Source: Vicugna vicugna (lineage: Eukaryota). Taken from it: a DNA stretch of 64,000 bases. Positions 38,260 to 50,819 of the stretch are shown in pieces (the stretch's first letter is position 1; every line of letters begins with the position of its first letter). Where the stretch lies: NCBI GenBank assembly GCA_013265495.1, contig MU058540.1, forward strand, positions 2,939,696 through 3,003,695, given 5' to 3'. The translations under genes were made by a program, and so were the position numbers. Below the pieces are notes generated by a model, which had not been told where the DNA came from, did no database searches, and worked only from the letters and a program-made list of their open reading frames with translations.

Positions 38260-39009
38260 TATATATATAAAACTGCCCCTGGTTCCTAACACAGAGCCTC
38301 TAAAACGCTGATAATTTCCTAAGTGATAAGAACACTAGGAGTATCTCTCATTCTGATATTTTGTCTTTGACCCTATCCCTCACACAGGGCTCCTGAAAAC
38401 CTTATCAATTCCTAAGTGATAGAGCACTAGGAGCATCTTTTTTTCTAATGAGGTGACTCTGAGTGTACTCCTGGATGGGGGCTGGTCATCAGGAAGATCA
38501 AGGCATGATCAGAAGCTTGGAATCTTGAGTGCAGCCTCATGCCCTTCTCCAAAGAGGGAAGGAGGGGAGAAGGGCCAGAAATGGAGCTAAAATGGATCAT
38601 GCCTACACAAGGAAGCCTCCATAAAATCCCAATAGTACAGGCCTGTAGAGTTTCAAAGCAGACAAACAAACACATCCACACAGGGAGAGTGATACACCCC
38701 AACTCCATGGCAACAGAAGTTCTATTCTTGGCACCCTCCCAGACCTTACCTGAAGCATCTCCGTTCATTTGTACACTTTACCATATCCTTTAATAAACTG
38801 GTAAACGAAAGTAAGTATTTAGGTTTCCCTGAGTTCTGTGACCTGCTCTAGCAAATTAATCAAACCCAGCTGGTGTCTCAGGGAATTGTTTGTGGGTAAA
38901 AACACTTGTATACATTTGGTGACCAGAAGTGTCAGAAGTGAAATGTACTGTGTGAGCATGTAACAGTATAGGAGAAACCCAAGAGGGAAGAACTGGTTTT
39001 TCCCTAACA
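38260..39009. mobile_element. LTR element (MER21-like)
   Basis: cccctggttcctaacacagagc, gaggtgactctgagtgtactcctggatggggg, gtttccctgagttctgtga and end gtttttccctaaca. Confidence 0.65.
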
Positions 39010-39599
39010 CAGTAGGCAGGCAAAACCAAACTTTTCCTAAACAAAAGGAATGGGTAGAAATTTAAGTACTAATTTCTTTATATTTCATAGCAGGAAGTCA
39101 ATTTACCCATTAAATATACAAAATTAAATACAACACTTTTTGTTTTAAAAACAATAACATCAATGACATAGCATGACATTATTTCCATCTAGCTGGTTAT
39201 CCATCCTTTTCATAGGTATCTGAAAAAAAAGATGTCTAGAATAATGGCCACCATTATTCTAGAGGTAGGATATTGGCAGAATAATTTATGATACTTCGGA
39301 ATCTTTAGGAAGTATACTTATGAGTGATTTTTTTTTGGTCTTTCTTGTACTTTCTTCTATATTCTGTATTTTAAAATGTGTCCATACATATTGAAAAAAA
39401 CTGAATGCCTCTTGGTCATAAAGGATAAAGGACAACTGGGATTGACAAAGAAGAAAAAGACTGAAAACGGACTGTCACAGAAAGAACCAAGTTTATTTAA
39501 AGACAAAAGAGCAGGAGTAGGAATTAGCAGAGAAAATGCAGTCTGAGACGCAAGGGGCCGTGAAACTTAGAAATGTTGTCATGTACCAATTTCACTAAT

Positions 39600-40460
39600 A
39601 AATCCCACCCAAATTCATACCTCCATCCCAGACCTTTCCATGACCTACACACTCATATCTCATAATTTACTCAAAATACCTAATAGAAGATCTGACAAGT
39701 ATTTCAAATGTAATGTGTCCAAAACCAAATTCTTGATGTTCCGCTTCCAAATATGCTATTCTCTCAGCCCTCCCCATTTCACTAAATTCAAGTCAAAAAC
39801 CTTGAAGTCATCCTTGACCATCTCTCTCCCTCTCACACGCTTACCCCTACCCCAATCCAACCTCAACAAATCCCATTGACTCCATTTCTATCAAAACATA
39901 ACCTGAATCCAGTCACTTCTCAACACTATCTCTACTATCAACCTATCCAACCACGTATGTCTAGACTGGACAACAGCAGCCGCCTCCTAACTGCTTCCCA
40001 ACTCTCATTTTTGCCCCTACATCGATTTTCCAAACAGCAGCCAGAGTGACCTTTTTAAAGCCTAAGTCAGATCATGTCCCTCCTTTGCTCAAAACCTTCC
40101 AACAGCTCCCATCTTATTCAGAATAAAATTCAAAGTCTCTGCCATGCCCTACAAGGTCCTACATGATCACCTACATAGGCTCCTGCCTCACGGCCTCTGG
40201 GTGTACTCTTCCCTCCACCAGGAATGTTCTTCCCCGAGTCAAAAGGTTCATTCCTTCAATTCCTTCAGATCCCTGCTCCAATCACACCTTCTCAGAGAGG
40301 TGCCCTGACGTTTCTACTAAAATCACATCCCCACATCCTTTTCCCGCTTTATTGAGAGTAGGAAGTTTTTTTTTTTTTCACTCACAGCCATATCCCTAGA
40401 GCTCAGAAAAATATCTGACACAAGGCTGGTTCTCAATATTTGTTGAGCAATTTGAATCAA
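39600..40460 (+). mobile_element. LINE-2 3' fragment
   Basis: acagcagccagagtgacctttttaaagcctaagtcagatcatgtc...ctcaatatttgttga motifs. Confidence 0.75.
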
Positions 40461-40845
40461 TTTGTGGGTTCAATAAATAGTGGGTTCTTTGATTAATTCT
40501 AATCAAGAACCTACTATTTTCTTTTCCTCAAAACATTACAAATGTCCTTCTTTACTTCTGATTATCCAGACTACTCTATGCATTACTATAATTCAGGCAA
40601 ATATTATTTGCTTTTAGTAAGAAATACATGGAAGTTACGAGAAACTGTGTAAAGCCCAGAAGTCAAAATTGGTTTCTGGTCAATTCCACATGTGTGTGTC
40701 TGGGGAAGAGTGTGTGTTAGCAAGGGCAGGAGTAGTCACCAGAATCAACTAACCTACTCCCTGGTACGCAGAAGAGGGCCCTGGCTGCCTTATACCCGGT
40801 TATGATAGAATGAGACTTCAGAAACTAATGCTGACTTAACTGTAC

Positions 40846-41000
40846 CTGTCCCTGTTGGGTCACCTCCCTGGATCATAAAGTCTTTGATGATTCTGTGGAA
40901 TTTGGTGCCATTGTAGTAACCTCGACGAGCCAGTTCAGCAAAGTTCTTACAGGTCTTTGGAGCATGCTTCCAGTACAGCTCCAGCACAATGATTCCCATG
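40846..41000 (-). CDS. PPIL1: PPIL1 coding exon 2
   Basis: AG at 41002-41001 and GT at 40845-40844. 155 nt encoding (S)[51 protein letters not shown](G), with the cyclophilin FHR...QGGD signature. Confidence 0.98.
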
Positions 41001-43249
41001 CTGTAGGGGGAGAGGACAGTAGACTCCAGTCAAGAACAAGTTCACAACAGACAGAAGCATTATGGGCCAGCTCTAGGACTCTGCATTTTCAAGCTTGTAA
41101 GTTATGAGATTGCGATAACCATCAGATTTCATGCTCAACAAAGGAAAACAACACAATGCCAATGACATAAACCTCTTTTAAGTAAAACATGCAGGGGCTT
41201 CTGATACTTCTTTAAGGCAAAACAACCGTGGACAACCAAAAATTCTAATACCTTGTATACAAGAAATCACTGATCATTGGAAACCAATATAACTCCAACT
41301 CCTAAATTAAGGGGAAAAAATCTTACACTTAATTTGTAATTTTTTTAAGTTGGACATTAAAATATTGGGAATTCATATTTATTTATGCAAACATGTTTCT
41401 GGGTGGGGGGTAGAAACTGGGTAAATGGGAGACAGAAAGGTTTTCTGTGAATATCTTTTTTAAATGTTTGTATTTTTGAGTCATGTAAATTACTACCTAT
41501 TCATAAAAAAAATTCAATGGGAAAAAAAGGAATAGTTTGTGTGTATTTAGGAAGGGTGCAACAAAGGCAAAACCTGATTACTTCTAACCCTTATAGCTGC
41601 CCAGTGTGCTAAGCGCTTTTTCCCCTTGAAGTACTGCTAAGAAAAAGGAAGTAAGACTTAGGACAGGTGCCTTCCCCTCCATTTCATCACTCACCTAGAT
41701 TTTAAGCTCCAAGAATGTGAGAATTGAGTCAATTCTGTATAGCCTGAATACCCAGGGCCAAGCAGTGTAAGCATTCTATAAATATGTGGTATGTGCTAGA
41801 ACATAGCTTTTTAAAAGCCTTTCTATTGGCAATTCATCCTTCACACTCCTGTGATTAACATGGATTAACAATTACTCAGCACAAGACATGGTTCTAAGTG
41901 CTTTTCCTCTCATAAAGCTACATGCTGGTGGATATTTTTAAAATACAGGGGATAACTTTTTGGAATGGTGATCAGAAAATATCTATACAATTTTGAAATG
42001 TGCATACTTTTTGGCAGCAATTTCAACTTCAAAGTTTCTATTCTATGGGAAAACTTAGTGCTTAAGGATACAATACATGCAAGGCTGTTCATTCCAGTAT
42101 TCGTCCTAACAAAAACGAGAAGCAATTTAAATGTCCTTCTAAGAGGGGATGACAAAAATATGAAATATCCATACTATGGAAGGCTGCATGTACTAGTGAG
42201 AGAAAGAAAATTACAGAAAAAAAAATACAGTATGATCATATGATCGTATTATTGCTTAAAAATAGAACATAAAAGAGAGATGTCTATTATCTACATAGAA
42301 AAAGATCTGAAAGGTCATCTAACAACTATTAATGATGTTTTTACAGAGAAGGGTGGCTTTCACTTCTTATTCTATACATTTCTACAGCTGCTTGGATTTA
42401 AATTCCTATTTATTTTGTAATTAAAAAAGTTAAAAGGTGATTCCAGAAATTACAGACTTTCAAGTTGAGGCCTGAAGAAGTAGAATTTTCCCATGTAAGA
42501 AAGTGGGCAAAAGCAGCACCTGAGAGAACTGTGCTCTGGTGGAAAGCACCACAGGCAAGAAAATAACGTTAGAGAGATGATGGCTGAACTTTGGCTTACT
42601 GAGATGAGAATGGCAGATGTAGCCAGAGAGGTAGGCAAAGGCTAGATTAAAAAAATCATCCTGAAGGTCAGACTACAAAATCTCAATTTTATACTATTGT
42701 TACAGTAAGAAGTTATTTAAGGTTATTTGTCCTACTTTGGAAAGATCAATTAAAAATTTTTTCCAAAGAGGCAATGGAATGAATGGGGCTAAAGAACATA
42801 ATCAAGAACATATCTGAAGCAGTCAGACCAGGCTCCAAATGAGGTTCTCCTTTCAAGCTACGTGAGGTTAAATCAAGCCATTTAATCTGTCAATTTTGCA
42901 TTTCTCCTGCTAAAACTGGAGAGAAAGTGAAATAGTACCTACACGATTTGAGTTGCTAAGAGGATTAAATTAAATGTGATGCTACACTCAGGGGCATGGC
43001 ATTAGCTGTTTGGTGCTCAATATTATCACCCTTTGATGGGGGAAATAAATGTGCTTCTTCCTGTGTCCTCCTAATAATCTGGTTATACAACTGTGCTACT
43101 TACAACGTTAATGTTTACACATCTGTCTCCTTCACTACTGAAAGCTTCTTAAGGCAAGGCTGTATGTGTTTTATCCACCTCTGTACCCTCAGACCCTATG
43201 TCCCCACCTGTAGACTCAATACACGCTTGTTGAATGAATGAATGAAAGA

Positions 43250-43860
43250 ACGGAGGGGCGAGAGGAGGGCAAGCGGGCCGCTGTAGCTACGGTCTCAGCG
43301 CGCGTCAGGGCGGAGCTAGGCTCGGCGGAGCTCCCCACTCAGGCCTCAGGCGGCCCTCACGGCCTCAGGCGGTCCTCACGGCCGCGGCTCCACGAGGAGG
43401 TCGGCCTCCCGAGGAAGAGCGCCAGGAACCCAGCCCCGCGGCTAACCCTGGGCTCCGCGTCGCCTGCGCCAGCCCAGCCCCAGAGGCCGGACCCTCACCT
43501 GGTCTCCAAGTATACGTTGGGCGGCTGCCAGGAGTCTGGAGGGATCGCCGCCATATCAAAGCTGGCGGAATCCTCCTGCGGCAGCTGCTACTTCCGGCGT
43601 CGATTCTCCGGAGACCAGCCGCTGATGCACACTTCCGGTTCCCGCCGTTCAACTCGAGCGACGCCAAAATTTGAGGGGTTGAGACAAGGAAGGAAGAGGA
43701 TCCCACGTCCAAGGCCGGGAATTTGGGGTGCGAGGAAACTAAGGTTTGCAAGGACGGAGAAAAGTGCAAGCTCTGTTAGGTGTGGTCTCCAAGTGGAGAG
43801 AGACCGCGCCACTCTCCGGACGCTCTGAGTGGTTCGTTTAGGCGTGGAAGGCGGGAACAA
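43250..43860 (-). promoter_or_regulatory. PPIL1: PPIL1 CpG-rich promoter / exon 1 region
   Basis: CpG-dense. ETS-type ACTTCCGG motifs at ~43590 and ~43631, no clear TATA box. Confidence 0.8.
43499..43554 (-). CDS. PPIL1: PPIL1 coding exon 1
   Basis: ATG at 43554 gives MAAIPPDSWQPPNVYLET(S). 56 nt then GTGAG donor. The four exons total 501 nt = 166 aa plus stop. Confidence 0.97.
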
Positions 43861-44516
43861 CCAGCAAATCTTTACTCCGATTGGAGTTAAGTCCTAACCT
43901 TCAATGCGAAGAATTTCCTAGTCCCGCAACAAAGCAGGGACCGAAGGGGAGGAAGAATGGAAGTGAATACATATGAGAGATGCCGGTAACTAATGCTTGT
44001 AAGGCGCTGTACATTTACATAGCACTTGAACATTTATTATTTTATCTAATCCGAAAACAATCCTATAAACTAGATGTTGTTATTCCCATTGTTCAGATGT
44101 AAAAGCTGAGACTCAGCAGTTAAATGACTTATCTGTCCATAGCCATACAGTTAATCAGAGCTTCTAGACTCCAGAGGCAAAGAGTCTGGGGAGAGAGGAG
44201 GGGGAAGGGCAAGGATGAAAATGAGAGATAAGTAAAGTAGAGACAAGAGAATGAAAATCAAATAGATCAGGGCTAGAGCAAGGCTTAGAGTGACTGTGGT
44301 TGGGACAGATGCTGCCCCAAGGTTGTTAGGAGGGTTTGCTCAGGATCAAAGAGATGCAAAGTAGAGGCAATACGAGGAGGTTTGTAGGTAGGACAAGAAA
44401 TAAATGGGGTAAATAAACACATTGTAAATGCTTTGCACACCACTTAATAAGGATGGCTAAATGAATGCTTACTTTGTGCCAGGCATCCAGCTAAGCACTA
44501 CTGTGTACTTTGACAT

Positions 44517-45111
44517 TGTTAAAAATCAAACACAAATGGAGCCCAGACTTGAAAGTTCCCTGAGCAAACCAGTTTACTCATATGAGTACAACTTAATTTA
44601 GCTTATTCTGTAAAACAAGCAAAACTTAACTTAGGCCACTTCTTGTTAATGCTTCTGAAAATCATAAATGAAACTTAAACTGTTCCCCAAAATTAATGTG
44701 AAGCAACCACTTTTAATCCATACCCTATCACTAGGAAAACTAATATTATAACTAATCACTGTGAATAATAAACAGCCGCTGCCTCCTCACAATATAAGCT
44801 ACTTTATAAAAATATACCTCTGAGCCTCATTCCATGTTCTAAGTGCTCCCAGTTTGCAAAAATTGTGTGTGTGTGTGTGCACAATAAACTTTTACTAATT
44901 ACTATTTCAGCGATCCAATGTTTTACTTCTACTATTTCTGAACTTAAAAAAAATTGAGGTATAGTTAATTTACAATATTATATAAGTTTCATGTGTACAA
45001 CCTAGTGATTCACAACTTTTGTTATTCTCCATTTATAGTTACTATAAAATATTGGCTGTATTCCCTGTGCTGTGCAATATATCCTTATAGCTTATTTCTG
45101 AACTTTTGACA
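44517..45111 (+). mobile_element. Solo ERV LTR (TG...CA ends) inserted in a MIR and itself interrupted by an L1 tail
   Basis: Begins tgttaaaa, ends ttttgaca. TATA-like tataag ~44793 and AATAAA ~44883. MIR-like sequence resumes on both sides. Confidence 0.6.
44946..45092 (-). mobile_element. Short L1 3'-UTR insertion
   Basis: aattgaggtatagttaatttacaata...ttccctgtgctgt. Perfect 13-bp TSD tatttctgaactt at 44933-44945 and 45093-45105. Confidence 0.85.
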
Positions 45112-46899
45112 ATGCTTAATCTTCAGTCCATGCCAAGTAGATATTGCTGTTCCCCTTCTACTTTGAGGAAACTAAGGCTTATACAGATTACATAACTTGC
45201 TCAAAGTACCACAGTTCAATCCTAGTTTCCTTAATTGCCAAGTGGGGATAAGGGTATACAAAGTTGTAAAGGTCAAACTAGACAGTGAGCTCCTTGAGAG
45301 AGTAACTGGGCCTCCTTCCCCTCTGTGCCCTCCTTGCAGAGGACTTAACATAGGATGCTTACGTTTCATTGAATTAATAACGGACAGAAAATTACGTTTC
45401 AGACTAATGGGTGCTGTGCTAATGTAAGGTCTAATTAATTTAACACTTGTGTTCATACCCTCATTATGACCCTTCAGCTGGATGGAAGAGTTTTCATTAT
45501 TGGCCCATTCTGTCTGTTATCTGAGTTGCCTTTCTCTGGACCTTATGTAGTTCCTTACTATATGTCTTGGGAGGCTTGGGGCAAATTGGGGCTTAACATA
45601 TGAATAAGACAGTGTCTTGCTGGCTCATTCCAAAATCCTTCCTCAAGAGGCTCAGTATTTGTTGTCCTTTTTGTCCCCAAAAGAACATTAGGTGTCAGTG
45701 ACTTCAGGAAGAAGTTGACAGAAAGGCCTGGATTCCTTTTCTGAATTCACTATTAGATTAATAGTTCCATTAAATCTGTCAATAGCTTGTACTTTAACTT
45801 CATTTATTCCGTATCTAAGCTTAATGTGTCTTCTGAATAAATTTCCTTTATTAAAAACAAAATTGTAAATGTTTATAGAAACATTTTTCTAGCTGGGAAC
45901 TTTAAGATCATCCTCTTTCTCTCTGCTCCATATAAGTGACACATCATCAAGACATGTCGATTGTTTTTTCCAAAGATCCCCAAATTGTATCCTTTCCTTC
46001 CCATTCCCACTGCTATTTCAGGCCTTTAATACCAGGATTTTTTCAGAAGTCCCTTTGCTGAATTCCCTGCCTTTTGGCTTTCCCCCATTAATCCATCTTA
46101 CACACAGCAGCAGCAGCAGCAGCCAAAGCCTTCCTCCTGAAATACTACAGGCTAGTGCCACGGAGTCCTGAAATCACTTGGCCTAGACTTGAAGGTCCTT
46201 CACTATTGATGCCTCACTGACTTCTCCAGCCTGATTTCCTACTATTTTCTTATTAATTCCTTAAATGTGGCATCAGCATTCCCATTTTAGACCTCTGCCC
46301 CAGCTGTTCTTTTTCCTTGCAGTGCCTTCCCAAACCCCGCCCATGCCCTTCTTTCAGCTTCTTCAGAAAACCTCTCTACTCTTCCTGTCTATAGTAGACG
46401 CTCTCCCCTTCTCTCTTCTCGGTCTTTAATTCGGCGCCACCTTTCATTGTTGTCTAACTGCTTGTGTCAGATTTTCTTCTCACCAAGTTGACCGTTAACA
46501 ACCCATGTTAGGGACCATGTCCTGGTCGTGTTCAGTACAACATTCACACAAGACCTATACCAGACCAGAACCTGAACAAGAGAGAGCTCCCGGGGAGAAA
46601 TTTAACCTTTCCGTAAACCTCAGCTTGGTATGAGCGCCAATGAGGGTTGTTGAAGTTGTTTCACGAATGTAAAGTCCTTTGTAATGTCCGGCGCAGAGTA
46701 AACTCTCAATAAACTTTACTAAGTGGGCCGTGTGTAAATCTGAGTGACTTGTTTGCTTGCCATTCTCTCTTTTAGATCCCAAAGATAAGGGCCTGCCCAC
46801 CATTTACGTATCCCTCCCACCCTCACCCCTTTATGGTACGCAGCCTGTACGTAGTAGGAGACTCAACACTCACTCCCTGAATGAATCAATTCAGCTATG

Positions 46900-47350
46900 A
46901 AGTCTGTGTTAGCGCAGGAAAACGAAAAACCCCGGCAAAGACTGAAGAGGACAGAGAAGAACTAACAGGACGCCAGGGGGCGCAAGAACTCGGGCTCTCC
47001 AGAACTCGCGATAGTTCCCGCCCGCTCCGAGACATCGCGCTTTCGGCTTCTGGCGGAAGCGCGGGACGGGAAGGAGCGCTGCCTCTCCTGTGGCTTGAAA
47101 GTTGCTTCCAGGTTACGCTCCCGGAAGCAGGAAGTTGTCAGCTTATCCTCCCCGCCCCGCGGCTTGCTGTCCCCGAGGCGGGAGGAGCCCGAGGGGCGCG
47201 GGCCCCGCATGTGAGTGACTGGGGCCCGAGGCCGGGAGGGGGGAGGCAGCTCTGTGACAGCCTCGCCACCGCACCTGTCAGTGACATCCTCGCGCAGCCC
47301 ACCGTTCGCTGCCTCTGCCACACATGCCCCTGCGTTAGCCTTTTTTGAGC
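46900..47350 (+). promoter_or_regulatory. C6orf89: C6orf89 CpG-rich promoter and first exon (donor GTGAGT at 47211)
   Basis: CpG cluster. Tandem ETS motifs CCGGAAGCAGGAAGT ~47121-47135, GC box ccccgcccc ~47150 and a consensus 5' splice site. It is the nearest promoter-like island upstream of the coding exons. Confidence 0.8.
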
Positions 47351-47633
47351 CTCTGGCGTTTTGCAGACTGACAGCATCCCCCAGCAACTCCCCTGGTGTC
47401 GCCTTCACTAAGACGTTTCCCTTTTTTAAATTGGCTCTGCCCAGGAGAGCAAAGCAAATTCGAGCCTGATTGAACATGTTTCGCAGGCGTCACAGCAATG
47501 TCCAAAACAGCGGTGCTAGCGGAGTCTAGATTTTACTGTCCCTTTTGACATATTTCTAATTTCTTTTGTATACTGAGAGTAGATTCCCCGCCCCACTCCG
47601 AAACATCTTTTTCTGATCATTGTTAAGGAGGGA

Positions 47634-47635
47634 TT

Positions 47636-47669
<34 letters not shown>

Positions 47670-47701
47670 TTTCTTCCTTTCTTCCTTTCTTTCTTTCTTT
47701 C
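47634..47701. repeat. (TTTC)n/(TTCC) microsatellite
   Basis: Directly visible. Source of the KERK-repeat ORFs on the minus strand. Confidence 0.95.
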
Positions 47702-48286
47702 AGTGTGATCATGGTATATGATAAGCCTGGCATGTCGGATTTCAGAAAGGAATATTGATCCGAGTAAGTTAGCTGTTTCCAATTGCCTTCTAGAACAAGG
47801 AAATTCACCTGCCTCATGTTGCGTAGTATTTTAAGACCATTAACTCTGCAAGCTACACTTTGGTGTGAGAGACGACATAGCTGTGGTATTCGCCAATATA
47901 TTTCTTTTAAAGTACTTGGCCATCTCCTTATAATAGGGACTACTCTCAGATACTTACTATTCTGACTTTCTCTGTTTGCTCATTTGGTTGTTCCATGGTG
48001 AACCTTCTATGGACATCTTTCCCTTAATAAATTTGGTTGTATTATCACAGTTTCCCTCTAAGGAACAGAGGGAAAACCTAAATTCAGTTTTGCTGCACTG
48101 AAGTTTTGACTGAAGTTCACAACCCACAACTTGAATACTACAGGCTCTGTTTGACCTTTCTGATTTGGACCAGAACAATTTTCAAGATCTAGTTTGGATC
48201 CCTGTTCTTCCACAGCTGCTCTAAAACTACACACACACAAATGTCCAAGTGTCCAATTCCTAACCTGCTCACCTAAAGTCTCAGGC

Positions 48287-48432
48287 TAATTTATTTTTTA
48301 AAAATGGTAAGAAGGAAAAGCAAAATAAATAAGCTTAATTTATTTTTTAAAAATGGTAAGAAGGAAAAGCAAAATAAATAAGCTTAATTTATTTTTTAAA
48401 AATGGTAAGAAGGAAAAGCAAAATAAATAAGC
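48287..48432. repeat. Perfect 49-bp tandem triplication
   Basis: Unit TAATTTATTTTTTAAAAATGGTAAGAAGGAAAAGCAAAATAAATAAGCT starts at 48287, 48336 and 48385. Confidence 0.97.
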
Positions 48433-49772
48433 CATTAGTTACGTTAAATTAGTTTGGGAACAGAATGATCACTTTAGGTCCTTTCTATAAATTTGTTCAA
48501 CAGACATTGATTAAAGTTCCGTGTCTCTGCAGTGAATTTCCATGTCTGTTATTAGTTTATGTTATTTTCTCCACTTTATCTCTGCTCTCAAGAGACAATA
48601 TAGTGTGAGAGGGAGAAAAGGAAATAGATGTAATACAAGATGATAGAGTTGTGTTTAAGGTTCAAAGGGCAGAAATCAAGGTTGGAATAGAGTTTACTCA
48701 TTGGCCAAAGTACTGGGGGCTAGGTTTTGTAGGCAGAGGAAATGATGTGTACAAAAACAAAAAGATGTGAAATAGTAGGGCAATGAAGAACATGAGGGAA
48801 GAATGGGGAATGAGACTAAACAAGTAGGCAGTAACCAGACCATAAAGGACCATGCTAAGTAATTTGGACTTCATCTTATAACAATAAAGTATTTAATTTG
48901 GGTATTGAGACAAATGTTTTAGATACGTAATCTTGTAATCCTTTAAAAACATTGTTGGATAGACACAATCATCCTCATTTATAAATGAAAACTCTGAGGC
49001 TTAGAGAGATTGAACAGTGTCTCATGGCCACAAAGTAGATGGATAGTCTAGTATTTGCATCTAACTTTTTCTAACTCCAGTGCCTGTGTTCTTAACCACC
49101 ATGCTTTATTCCCTAGCAGGGCATGGGGAGTCAAGGAAGGTACTTTGAATAGATGAGCAATGTGAACCAGTTTGTGTTTTAAAGAAGTAATTTGTAGAGA
49201 AGGTAGAGGATGGATCAAAAAGGAGAAGGAAGATGGGAAGTGTAGAGATTAAATGTATCTTTGTGATGGTCTGTGGGAGAGATGTTGAGCACCTTGACTA
49301 CCATTAACATAGAGCTAAAGAGGAGGTGATGAATGTGGACTATGCAGGATGTAGAATTGAGGATTTGGTCATTGGTTCGTTGGTGGAGATGAGTAAGCAG
49401 GAGGAGAGATATTGCACTTTAGAGTTGCCTAGCTGGCATAGCTGTTTATTTGGGAAAACTGAGAACCTCTGGGGTGATGTCATATCGGTGTTTAGGGCAT
49501 ATTTATATTAATAAAGAAATTCTGTATCAAATAGGGCAAAGGAGAGATTTACATTTAGTCTGACCTCTTAACCTGTTTTCTGCTTTAAACATTTTTATTG
49601 ATACATTCTGTCAGAGTCACTCTATTCAGCTATGCTTCTGTCCTGTGTTTTCCTAGACTGAGACCCAGAAGGAATTGTGGAGAACATCTCATCATAGCTG
49701 TCAGTTGCTTCCTTTTATTCCTGAAGTAATCCTTCAGAAGTGAACAGCTCCCTGGCAGGCCTCTCCTGAAAG

Positions 49773-50285
49773 CAGGATTTCTTAACCTCAGCATTCTTAA
49801 CGTTTTGAGCGGGACAGTTTGTTCTGGGGAGCTGTCCTGTGCATTGTAGGATGTTAACTCTTTACCCACTAGATGCCTGTAGTACCCCTGCAGTTTTTGT
49901 TTGTGTGTGTCTGTGTTTATGTATAACTTTATTTGGAGCAAAGTACATCATCTACAACCTATTGCCAAGTGCATTAACATGTGTCCCCCTCGCACTGAAG
50001 ATGGTAGCTTTCAGTTATATAAGCGATTCTTTTGTTTAAGATCAGAAGTAAATATAGGTCTAGGAGACTTGCTGCAAGATGTTAGTTGTGGCCATGTTGG
50101 AGAAATTAGATATCTCAGGTTTTCCTATCTGTTCCCTTTGGTTTTTCTCCTCTTGAGACTTTGAAATTGGCATGGAGAAGGAAAAAAGTCATTGGAAAAT
50201 ACTGGGTACCCCTCCAGTTTTGACAGTCAAAAATGTCTCCAGGCATTGCCCGATATCCCCTGGGAGGCAGAATTGAGAAGTACTG
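49773..50285 (-). mobile_element. MER20 MITE split by a retrotransposed insert
   Basis: Left half (ggggagctgtcctgtgcattgtaggatgtt) and right half (tgacagtcaaaaatgtctccaggcattgcc...tgagaagtactg) are the reverse complement of the element at 33399-33605. Confidence 0.85.
49898..50205 (-). pseudogene. 5'-truncated retrocopy of an unidentified polyadenylated RNA (probably a 3' UTR end)
   Basis: 16-bp TSD gtacccctScagtttt at 49882-49897 and 50206-50221. AATAAA on minus at 49933-49928 followed by a decayed A/CA tail. No recognisable TE motifs. Confidence 0.7.
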
Positions 50286-50819
50286 TTCTACATCAGTGTC
50301 TCCTAGTTGGGGGTGTGAGATTTGGAATCAGCAGGGAAGAGATTTGAAAACTTCTGCACCTGGGTCACACTCCCAGGGTTTCTGACAATTCAGTATATCT
50401 CGGGTGGTGCATGATTCCTTGATTTCTGTAACTCTGCTAGTGATTCTGCCTGTGCCCCTGCAGGTATAAGCCACTGTTAAGAGTCAAGCTTGCTGTTCGG
50501 AACTTCTCTCTGTGGCAAAGCTCATTTCTGCCAGAGTTGGACCTTCTTTCTGGAGGTAAAGGGATTACTATCAAGCTTCAGCTGATTTCACTCAATCCTC
50601 TCATACTCAATGCTTAGCCATGACTATTTTGATTATTTTTTTTAAGGGACAATTTGATTTTTTAAAAATACAAACCTTGTGCTGAGGGTTGGCTTTCAGT
50701 TGATCGAAGCAAAGGAGCTGCTCTGCTAGTATAACTTAAAAGGATAAGAATTTTTTTGTTGTTTTTTTAATTAACATGACATCCACTAGATGCCAGTAGT
50801 ACTCCCCATTCCTCCCCAC

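Noticed and set aside
43238..43828. 196-aa ORF antisense to PPIL1 exon 1, and ORFs at 46881-47477
   Set aside because: GC-rich promoter sequence with no recognisable domain.
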